DNA from: Eledone cirrhosa
Taxonomy: Eukaryota
Direction of reading: 5' to 3'
DNA length: 64,000 nucleotides
NCBI GenBank assembly: GCA_964016885.1
Contig: OZ024740.1
Span: 265,360,001-265,424,000 of the forward strand
In this document: piece by piece, positions 26,301 through 37,411 of the stretch
Layout of the letters: every line of letters starts with the position of its first letter
Position numbering within the stretch: position 1 is the first letter of the stretch
Position numbers and translations under genes: made by a program
The notes under the pieces: model-generated
Told to the model about the DNA's origin: nothing
What the model saw: the letters and a program-made list of their open reading frames with translations, nothing else
The model's database searches: none

Positions 26301-27187
26301 AGCCATGAGATTAGCCAGTTTCAGTCTGAACACTCTGGCAATGAGCTCATGTCTGTTCGAATAATTTTGCGCAAGGAAAAGTTCACGGGTTACATTCCGA
26401 TTCATATGTCTCTAGCATTAATCTGTTATATGAAATTTTATTTTGCGGGCTGTTATTTGAAATAAGCCGATTGAAAATGGCCCAGATAAGCCGTATGCCA
26501 ATACGGAACGCTCAATACGGAACGCTCCACTGCAGTATTGTCATATAGGGAATGAAGAGCGACAAAGAGAGTAAAGCAGTAAAATTATAGAGAGGTCGGT
26601 ATTGTTACGTTTGTTGTTTTATAAATTCATCTGTTGCTTTTGAATATTTGTTATTTGATGTAAAATGTAAGTGTGGAAAATGTAACGTTGAGAGTGTAGT
26701 ATGTATTTTGTGTTATCGGCTTTTTAAATTTTGATATTTGATGTATGAGTGTCGTTATGACTGTAGAGAGGGGGAATAATCTATTGTAGGGAGAGGGAAG
26801 AGCGACGGAGAGAGTAAAGCTATGCTTGTTGTGTTGCTTAGGTTTCAAAGTTTGTGTCGCGTTCCTTCAAAAGAAGTTTTGTTGTTCTAAAAGGTAAAGG
26901 GTAGTAGACGGAGGCAGTAACCTTTTAAAGAGAGTTGCAACATGTATGTAGTTTCAGATAATTTTGATGGTAGTAGTGAGAGGAATGAAGCGTGTAAGAG
27001 AGAGGGTTACATAATGTATTTAGTTGTATCGATATTCTTCCCTAGAAGCAGGACATTTTTGGCAAAAATAATTACGTGTTGAATTGCCCTGGTAAATTTG
27101 GAGCTCATTGGAAAAACGTTCATCAAAATCGGTAGAGAAATGTGGAAATGCATAAAAATCATACACACACACAGACAGACATCTACC

Positions 27188-27195
<8 letters not shown>
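23318..27195 (-). mobile_element. Helitron with degenerate Rep-Hel (HUH endonuclease + Pif1 helicase)
   Basis: Rep motifs VEWQKRGLPHAHIL and SIKYICKYVNKG. Pif1 motifs FLDAPGGTGKT, GDFRQ and FAMSINKSQGQ. 3' hairpin cccgagcaacgccggg and terminal CTAG at 23318-23321, with (TA)n flanks. Confidence 0.93.
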
Positions 27196-27237
<42 letters not shown>

Positions 27238-27494
27238 GTGATTTATCTAATTGTTGGTACTGTTACCAATATGATCACGCCATGCACAGTCAAAGTGTTT
27301 ATAAAAATCCCTATAACATTTGTTGAATCACCAGTTTGACGAGCAGTTTCGATGCTGGATTCGCGTCCATAGCTTCCATCGGTGAACTTGGGCCAATCAT
27401 CTTTGAAGCGCATGTTACAGATCGATACACGATAAAAACAGGAAAAATATATAAACGAAATTTCATCTTTTTTTCTTATGTACAGAGACACATG

Positions 27495-27570
<76 letters not shown>

Positions 27571-28157
27571 TGTGTGTGTGTGTGTATATAACCTCTACAC
27601 GATTGTTTCATTCGTATAAAATAATCAGTGATGTCCTAATGATTCCATACGAAACAGTTCTAGAAATGTAGGTCATTTATGTAGATAACGAAGATGCCTA
27701 TACTGCCAACGTATTGCGTACCTTTTTTAACTGTGGTTATCCCCTCCTGATCACTACTCGGTGACCTATATATTATATATCTAATATATATTTGTGAAAA
27801 GGGTGGTGGTTGAAATTCAGATGGGCACGGTTAAATGGTAGTAGACGTGGTCGGACTGACACACCTATGTAAAAAGCGCCAAGGAAGCAAATAGACGAGG
27901 TTTCAAATCTCTAACTTGAAAAATGTGGTCCCTGGGGCCCCAAAACTATCGTGTTCGGTGAGTTATTTCCCCCTGTTCTAATACTTTTGTTTTATTTACA
28001 ATTTCATACAAATAAAGCAGTAAAATCCCGTAGTAAGACCTAACAAAATGGTTAGATACACCATGAGACACCGTGCATCACGATGGAGTTGAAACGCAGA
28101 CTCAGAACATGTCGTTGTGTGGGGGTGGCTCGCAGCCCAATGTTCCAGGGGGAGCAA

Positions 28158-28257
28158 AAGAAGAAGAAGAAGAAGAAGAAGAAGAAGAAGAAGAAGAAGA
28201 AGAAGAAGAAGAAGAAGAAGAAGAAGAAGAAGAAGAAGAAGAAGAAGAAGAAGAAGA
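28158..28257. repeat. (GAA)n microsatellite
   Basis: Perfect run. Confidence 0.98.
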
Positions 28258-28579
28258 TGTGAGCTGGAGTCCTATCAAATATGTAGGTTGTGTCTTAAAT
28301 TGAAGATTTAGTAGAAACAATTCATGTATAGTTTTGTACTTTTCTTTTTGTCATTCATATATAAACAAATCTACTATATAAATTGGAAGTGGTCGGATGT
28401 TGTATATGTAGGTGTAATCGGATAAACGTCGAAATAGATTGGTGGAATGCAGCGAAAATTTACACAGTTATGCAGAATGACCCGAGGAGGCGTTGGGTCG
28501 ACTTTCAAGATAAAAGCTTCCATGGTGAGGGAGAAAATCGATGAAACAGGAATTTCCCATTCAAATTGAACTGAGAGTA

Positions 28580-28820
28580 ATCCGTGAACGCAGAAGTAAA
28601 TATTTCGATAAACGTTGCAACCGAACGAAAACAGGAAGACGATATTTTGGTTCGTGAAGACATTCCCTGGCAATGAACGGGAAAAAAGCGAGGATAATAC
28701 GTCGTTATGTGGAGCATGAAGAACAATTTCATGGTATAAATGGAGTCGTTATACTAATATTCTATTTAAAATAACAGAATGATTTCCAGCCCGGAGTTTA
28801 AGAATGATGTAAATAAAATT
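28580..28820. repeat. Interspersed repeat family C (also 58418-58760, and partly 32230-32345 inverted)
   Basis: cagaagtaaatatttc..aaacgttgcaaccgaa...ttggttcgtg.agac.ttccctggcaatgaa is shared with 58500-58740. Confidence 0.75.
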
Positions 28821-29690
28821 GAAAACGAAAATGACAGAGGTTATTAAAATAGTAAAAGTAAATAGTGAAGATTTAGGCCAGTACATACGTATGCCCCGAC
28901 GGACATACACATACATACGCACAGAAAAATACATACACCCCATCCCCACCCCACACACACACAAACACACACACACACACACACACACATACGCACACAC
29001 ACATACACACACACGAACGTACGCGCGTATGTATAAACCTTATGCATTTCTACAGTATTTTCACCAAACTTAAGACAGGTTACTTATGTACTCCAGATGG
29101 TCATGGGCACTGTCATTTTTCCAGATATTGATTATAGGACCCCCGGCAGATAACCCCTTTAACCACTTTAACCACTTCCTAGGAGTCGACTGAAGCACTG
29201 CAGTGCAATGCAACAAAACGTCATAACTTCTGGAGTTCGCAACTGATTTTCACAAAACTTGACACATGGGCTACGTTTGTCCTACAGATGAATGTGAACT
29301 CTCAGAATTGGCACATATTGGGTAGGGGACCCCTGGTGGCAGGAACCCCCTTTTGGAAAAAAACAATGATTTTGTAGGTTTTTTTTTCCCTTTCAGGTAG
29401 ACGCGCTACATTGATGCACTTTTCTAAAACAAATAAATCATACACAAAACTCCAGCATCAACAGTTTTCCAAGAGATATTAACATGAATGGACCTGTTAT
29501 TTTCATCTAAAGACATTTTTTCCAATTCCAATCAGCCCCTCTCTTCAATCTATCTTATTTCTCATTCTTTCTTCTCATGAAGGACTGCTAATTCAAGCGT
29601 TAATCCTAACATATTCCTTCCACATACTCTACCGATTTTGTTGTTATTTCTGTTTACCTTTTACATATATGTATATATATATATATATCC

Positions 29691-29764
<74 letters not shown>

Positions 29765-29932
29765 ATACATATATATGTGTGTAAATATATATGAAATCAT
29801 TCAAAATCAACAGAAGTCCGTACTGGAAATATTCTATTAACATTTTAATGCGGCAACAACACTATACGTATTTCAATGGTCTAGTTACATCAACCGATCT
29901 ATTATGTAAGACTTTAGATTTCATAATATGAA

Positions 29933-30225
29933 GTCACGTGGCTTATTGGCTACGGTGTTTGACTTGCGATCGTATGGTCCTCCATTCGATTCCCGAATGT
30001 GTGATGCGTCGTTGAATAGGACGCTCTATTTCACGTAGCTCCAGTCCACTCATCTGGAAAAAGAAAGTTTACCTTGTCACGCGCTGTGTCATGTTGCATC
30101 CCTTTGAGAACTATGTTACGACTGCACGTATCTTTCGAATGCTCAGTCACTTGTATGTTAATATCACAAAAAACTCTCCATTGTTTGAACAACTGGAACA
30201 CTCATCGTCAGAAATGACGAAGGCC
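29933..30225 (+). mobile_element. tRNA-derived SINE family 2, diverged
   Basis: gtggcttattgg...ttcgattccc head. Body similar to the 11337 copy. Confidence 0.55.
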
Positions 30226-30421
30226 CAACACACACATGTATTCCTAACTGGTCGGTGAAATGAATTATTTTCAGAAATTATGCATGACCACCACTTGAAA
30301 ATATCACAGAAATAAATATGCAAAGTAGATCAACATAATCCAGCTTCCTTTCTATACTCATGAGTAATCATTTATACTAAATACATTGACAGATTCACAC
30401 ACATAGATTATACATACATAC

Positions 30422-30499
<78 letters not shown>

Positions 30500-32035
30500 T
30501 TTAATACTATGTATGTGTGCGCGTGTGTAGATATTAATTGTAACTCACTCAAATATGTGTATGTGTTTACGTGTGACAAATAATTACATATGAGGCTTTT
30601 ATCCCTCATCTGCGCATATTTCTATGCAAAATATCTAAAAAGTGCCGTAAGTAAACAAATAAACATAAATCTACTGCAGTAATTAGATATTTCAATGCAC
30701 ATATGCACATATCTGCTGCACACATCGAAGCCGTATTACCTGTGATTGTTACAGATTTTAATACACATTTTCTTTTGTTTTTTTGTTGTTGTTGTTTTTA
30801 TTTTGTCTAATAATATTCTTCTCGTTGCTTTTGAAATCGGAAAATGATCAGAAATAGGTAAATAATTAAGTGAGAATAATAATTATACTTTCGGGAAATG
30901 CTACTTCAAATTATGAACGCAGGCCAATTATAATTATAACTCCTCTTTTGGTACTCGTGGCTAGAATATTTATTAACAGTGAAACCCTGATTTCATTCAT
31001 TTCACTGATATAATGTTCCCATCCTACTCTTTCTCTTCACATATTTATATATTTACATTTGTGAAGAATTTCTTTGTTATCACAATAATTTCACTTTCAG
31101 TTGCCTCCATTTCTTCCATTTGCGCTATTTTGTGTCACTTATTTTTATACTGTCTTTCTTGCAGGCATTGATGTACCACTCTATGGTGAACGCCTTCTAC
31201 ACATTAATCTAACTCACTATTTCTTTGTCTAATCCTCCCACTTTCGCTCAAGTGTATACACTTTTCCCTAATTGTTTCTCTTTCTTTCTCCTTCTCCATC
31301 TCACTCGCTTTCGCTCTCTCTTTTTCTCACTTAGTCGCTTTCTCTCTATCTTCCCCCTTTCCCTCCCTCTCCCACTGTCTCACACTATTTCTCGAATCCT
31401 CTCTCACTCCCACAATCCCTATATATTTCTATATGCACACAGACATGCAAACGGAGACTTACATACGCACTCCTCCATATGTATCAATGTACTTAGTTAG
31501 ATATAGAGGCACGGGACCGATAGAGAGGTAAATACAGACTTACATACATACGCACATACATTCATACATATATAGATACGTACGTACCTACATACGTAGA
31601 TACATACATAGATACAGACATACATGCATACATACTTACATACATACGTACGTATATACGTACATACATACATGCATACATACATACATACATACGTTAG
31701 TACATACGTACATACATACATAACAACACATACATAGATACACACATACACACATGCACATATACATACATATATGCATCCACGGGCATATATATATAAT
31801 TGCAGATACTTATATATGCATATTCTTATATACACGTAGGTGTGTGTGTGTGAAGGCACGTGACCTAGCAGTAGGGGTGCTGGACTCAAAATATCGTGGG
31901 TTCAATTTCTACATCGGGCAGCCACTGTGCTCTTCTTAACGACCGTTTACTTAGCGTTGGCCCTTTAAAAGTACGTGCTAGCTTTACATTTGGGTCTACA
32001 CTTGTAGCAGATTAACGTCCATCACACACACACGC

Positions 32036-32095
<60 letters not shown>

Positions 32096-32115
32096 GCGTG
32101 TATATATATATATGC

Positions 32116-32159
<44 letters not shown>

Positions 32160-32344
32160 ATAATAATAAAATTGAAGACTAAAATCCAAAGATTTTATGT
32201 GTATATAAGAATATGCATATATAAGTATATACACTTTTTTGAAATATCCAGTTCTGCGTTTACAGATTTACTTTGTTAGTTTCAGAAGATCCCGTTAAGG
32301 GTGAAAGCAGCGATTCTTTGCTTAAACTTTAATCTGTTATTTTA

Positions 32345-32426
<82 letters not shown>

Positions 32427-33014
32427 AAGAAGTATACATATCTCTACACGCGTATTGATACAAGTATAGATATATACATACATACAGAGTCTCCAACTTA
32501 TACTGAGTTTGGTTCAATGAAATAGTTATTAAAATTAACAGATTCCGAGCCTAATAATATCAAATATGGAAAAAGCAAACAAGTTAAGAAAAAAATCTTT
32601 ACTTACTCACTTTAATGTCCCTACTGCAGTTTCATTAGGAACATAACGGTACTCCGAATGGAATATCGTGAGAAATCCTAAATCATCAGGAGACTTTGTC
32701 CAGAAATAAAATTCAAGACAAGAATTCCCAGCCGTTCGCTGTCAGTGAAGATTTAGAATGAAAGAACTATCACGTGACAAGTGACCAGCAGGAGGGTAGC
32801 ATAGTGAACTATGGTAGCTAATGTGCTATTTGAAAGTAGTCCGATTACGCCAAATGTTTAGTCTACCATAATGGAGTGTATTATATATTAAACGAAGATA
32901 CAAGTATAGATATATACATACATACATACATACATACAGACTGTCCAACTTATACTGAGTTTGATATGTATATAATAAATAAGAGAGGCGGTTTTATCCT
33001 TACATCTTTATTTT

Positions 33015-33087
33015 GTTCATCATACGTATTTCAAAGCTGTAAGGTTGTTATATATTAACCTCACTTACACCTTCTCTTCAGACAAAC
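33015..33087 (-). ncRNA. Hammerhead motif (possibly inactive, G at the cleavage position)
   Basis: gtttgt CTGAAGA gaaggtgtaag...cttacagcttt GAA ATACGTAT g atgaac, followed by AATAAA. Palindromic stem III. Confidence 0.65.
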
Positions 33088-33450
33088 ATACACACAAGAT
33101 TTTCATTGATATGCTACCAGTCGGACGTGTTAGTCACATCGCCGTTCCAATACACATATGGTCAGATTTCTCTTGTAGCAATTCTATTATGGGTGGGGGA
33201 TAGTATTGTTGTTTGCATTGGTGATTGTAAACTGGCTGGGGTAACAGGCTACCAGATTTATCGCTTGATTCAAAGTATGGCAGAGAAGTACTGTTAATTT
33301 ATTTTTCTACATTTCAGGACTAGATTTTACTTACTTAGATTTTAATTTTAATTTTAGATATTGATATTTTGATAGTGATGGATAGTGATGTTATAATGTA
33401 TCTATCAATCTATCTATCTATCTATGTATATATATATATATATATATATA

Positions 33451-33669
33451 GGAACGAGTAGGACCCCGACGGCTGAGCTCAAGCCGTTTCGACGGCTAAT
33501 TCTGGACTAAATCATTCTGGACTAAATCATTTAGTCCAGAATTAGCCGTCGAAATAGCTTGAGCTCAGCCGTCGGGGTCCTACTCGCTCCTATTACCCAC
33601 TCTATTACCATAAGTATTGAGTACTTTGGTGCGTTATGGTCCATCTGGTTCCTTACCACATTTCCTTCG

Positions 33670-33670
<1 letters not shown>
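33451..33670 (+). mobile_element. Family B fold-back element in (TA)n
   Basis: Hairpin with ttctggactaaatca duplicated at the fold, plus tail. Confidence 0.85.
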
Positions 33671-33743
<73 letters not shown>

Positions 33744-34108
33744 GGGATGGGGGATTTTGGTTCCTGAATTACAACGTCGTAATATTGCCTCTTTGTAGTT
33801 TTTTCTATATTTTCATGGGAATTTTTCTGATGAGCTTTCTTCTTTGTAGCCTCGTCTGCATGAGTTGAAACGTAGCACCAGAGTGAAGTTTCTAAATGGA
33901 TTCGCAATTTAATTCTGATTCTTTCTTCCTTCACACATCTCGCCTAGGTAATTCTCTTCAGATTTCTTGCTTTCCAGACCACTATCATTTGCATAAATTC
34001 GAAAGCAGCATCAACCATCATAACTTTTCTTGAATTATATTTTCTTTGTTTATCCTTCTCCCTTCTTAGTAAACCTCTGTAGATACACACACACACATAC
34101 AAACAAAG

Positions 34109-34228
<120 letters not shown>

Positions 34229-34232
34229 TATA

Positions 34233-34332
34233 CAGAGTGTCCCAAAGTAATGTATACACAGTTTGATTACCTCTACCGGCAATATTTATTAGAATACTAT
34301 TGAAGTGTGTATCCATTTTGGGGGACACTTTA

Positions 34333-34337
<5 letters not shown>
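34233..34337. mobile_element. Tiny Tc1/mariner-like MITE flanked by TA
   Basis: TA-cagagtgtcccaaa...tatacaca / tgtgtatcc...gggacactttatctg-TA. Confidence 0.6.
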
Positions 34338-34377
<40 letters not shown>

Positions 34378-34408
34378 GACGTACACATATGTTGGTAGAT
34401 GTACTAAT

Positions 34409-34470
<62 letters not shown>

Positions 34471-35012
34471 CATCGGAGGTTGTGAGAAGCTTCTCACAAT
34501 CTCCGATGAATTGACTGGTTATAACTTTGTATTGGTGATCGAATAACGTGAAAATAAGCGGGTAGCTATCTCTAGACCTACCAATTCAGAGAAACAATTG
34601 TCAGCAATGAGATTAAAAACCTTTTTTGTATAGCAAACCGTGTCACTCTTCTTTCCTAATTGATCATTACTCCAAGTGTTTACAACATAGGAATTACAGC
34701 GTACTCGCAACATCACTATGGAAACGCCTTGTTGAGTCAAACTTAGCCAAGCGTTGATATCATCCACTACCCGGAGTACCATAACTGGACTACACTTAAG
34801 TGGACTACCTATAACAATAATTTGTTAACCCGTATATATATATATATATATATATAAGCAAGATGTATGGTAGGTCGTACGTAAATCGCGATGATCACGC
34901 CTGACCTACCAAATATTCGACGGTAGCTAGTTAAGCTCTATGCGTATAAGCAGAGCAGAAATATTAATGAAAAAGAACAAAGGAACTTTTATGACATTAT
35001 AACAAGTTTATT

Positions 35013-35057
35013 GCCGACAGCCGTTTCGTCCGACCATATGGTGGGACTTTTCAAGGC
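35013..35057 (-). ncRNA. Hammerhead-like motif with variant core
   Basis: gcc TTGAAAA gtcc-c-acc-atat-ggt-c-ggac GAAA cggctg TC ggc, then AATAAA. Confidence 0.55.
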
Positions 35058-35161
35058 GTATAATAGGTAATTGTAAGTTCATTATTTTCATCAACGTTTC
35101 ACTCAAGATTAGCAGTTTGAAATTGTGGTATACATCAACAGCTCAGCTTGTATATGTAGGC

Positions 35162-35408
35162 TCTATATTCTAAGGGGGCTCTTTTATATTAGTTGTAGGA
35201 GTTGTAAAAGGGATGGGTTATAGGGAGTTAAGAGAATTTGAAAAGGGCCTAAAAGTATTTTACGTATTTTACGTAACTTATAAATTCTTTAATTTTTAAC
35301 CTTCATTCCCTAACTTTTAGGCCCTTTTCAAATTCTCTTAACTCCCTATAACCCATCCCTTTTACAACTCCTACAACTAATATAAAAGAGCCTCCTCAGA
35401 ATATAGAC
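35162..35408. repeat. Inverted repeat with ~95-bp arms (fold-back of the HHR-bearing element ~34857-35408)
   Basis: 35162-35256 is the near-perfect reverse complement of 35313-35408. Confidence 0.85.
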
Positions 35409-35419
35409 CCCAAATATAC

Positions 35420-37015
35420 TTCTTATTACGAAGTTAGCGTATGGTCTACCAGAGCACTTTATTTGCTCATCTGAAGTCGGGTTCCAGCTTAACACCCAAA
35501 TCCTTCCATGTCTAACATTGGATGCTTTTATTATCTCTGTTGCGATTCTTCATGCCTGCATGTACTGCAAGTGCAAGAAGAAGAATGTATTTCAAATTTA
35601 AGCTTTGTAAGCCACTTCTTTGCCCGAAAGGCATCTTTGACCTCTTGATTGAAGCAAGGGTTCCTCATACCCTCCGGTGACACACCAAATCTCTTTTGCC
35701 TGCAGCATTTAAAGGGAGAAGAAGAAACCGCGAGGCTGAAAAATCTCCACTCTGTCTCAACCTTATCAGTTTGTTGAGGGAGTTCTCTAAATTTGAAATT
35801 GGGTACAATAGTATCTGCATACATGATTCTGATTTCCTTATCCACCAATGTTTCCCACTTTATCGTGTAGGGCACCATGCACCTGTCAGTAGTGTAGGCC
35901 TCTTTGGTTTTAGGTAGTCTCAAGTTGCAGATAAATAGATGGTGATCAGGTCATTGTTCAGCCCTCTCTTACGAACATCCAGCACAGAATCAATGAGATC
36001 AGAGACAATAACATAATTAATTATTGACCTCTATCCCTGATACCTCTTACATTACGTATATTTATTGATGTTTCTGTGATGGAAGAAGGTGTTTATAATA
36101 GAGAGTCCATTGCTAGAATAGATGTCTAGTAAGGCCTCTCTATTCGTATTTAGACTTGGGTCACCATTTCTTCCAATCACTCAATTACATTTCGGCTGGT
36201 CGGTGCCAACATCTGCATTGAATTCTCTCATCAGGATATATGACTCATCTACAGCTGCAGTGACTACATTAAGGAAGGACTCGTATTCGGACTCCTTGTT
36301 TGTTGTATAAACTTGCACCATCAACCTAAGCTTCAAGAGGCAAATCCTCCCTCCTAAGGGGATCCAGTTCGTAATACATTTTGACAGCTGGCCGCTTGTG
36401 AGTACTCCCACTCCCACCTGTGCAATTATTTCTGGCACCACACCTGAATAGAGTATTTCCATCCTCCATCCAAATCTACAGTATCAGAACCAGGAAATGT
36501 TGTTCAGGAAGCCCCGACAATATCTAGCCGGTAGCATCTAGCTTCCTCCACTAATTCCTGCTCCTGTAAGGATTGTGATGTTCTAATTGTCAATGTTTGC
36601 TTCCTTACGTTTGATCCTTATGTTTGACCCCTATTTGGGGTCTCGGAATACACAATATTTGTGCCTCCCTTCCTTTTGTTCTTTTTTGTTTTCCTCCTCA
36701 TATTGCAGTTTTATTTTCAGTGGTCTTATTCGCGCCAATCACTAAACTGGTACGTTGTCAAACTGGAGAAGACTAGGCTTTTTTAGACGTGGTTGTTACT
36801 CGCCTCGCCGTAGCTATGTCACAGGGTTGTGAGAGTTTTCTTAGGAACTACAGGTGTCGCCAATTGCTCCATCTCCTCTAATAGTTTACCGCTGTTGGTC
36901 CGGGGTTCCTTATTCGTCCGGCAGTTGCCCGCTTTTATCGCAACTCGCGATCGTATCTGGTGACCGTATCTGGAGGCCGTAGCGCCATTCGCCACCTACG
37001 ACTCGTTCTCTGGGA
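35420..37015 (-). mobile_element. RTE-clade LINE, degenerate 5' part (UTR + APE endonuclease)
   Basis: Minus-strand remnants ILYSGV, GVGVL, VQVY, EFNADVG, and downstream RNPCFNQEVKDA. Confidence 0.8.
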
Positions 37016-37139
37016 TTTTTGAATGTTTATTTAGTAAGCATAGCGTAATAGATATACGAAACTCACATACCTGTATGTATACAGCTATGTCGGAGCTAAA
37101 ATGTTCATATATATATATATATATATATCGACAGTCGAT

Positions 37140-37378
37140 AGACAAGATCCCAGACCTCTCTTAACCAGTGGGGTGGAGCTCGTCAATTTCGACCGAGGAA
37201 ACAATGTTTCCATTGGTCTTTCTAATTGAAAAATACTATCGGTCAGTTGGAAATCCAGACAGAAGGGTCAACTTGGTATAAAATGTCTTGCTTAAGGACA
37301 TTACGCATCACCCAACCTGGAAATCGAAATCATAACCTCACGATTTCAATTCTCTAACCACTCAGCCGCGCGCCTTCA
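37140..37378 (-). mobile_element. tRNA-derived SINE family 2-like
   Basis: Minus-strand gcggctgagtggttag head, and a body shared with the 18757 copy (gtcttgcttaaggaca). Confidence 0.6.
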
Positions 37379-37411
37379 CTATATATATATATATATATGT
37401 GTGTGTGTATA

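Noticed and set aside
29050-29480. Segment with repeated ttttcac(c/a)aaactt motifs resembling Helentron-associated repeats
   Set aside because: No termini or second copy in the window to support a classification.
33820-33885. CTGATGA...GAAA near a (TA)n-flanked segment
   Set aside because: Stems I and II cannot be paired convincingly and there is no UH triplet. At best it is a badly decayed motif.
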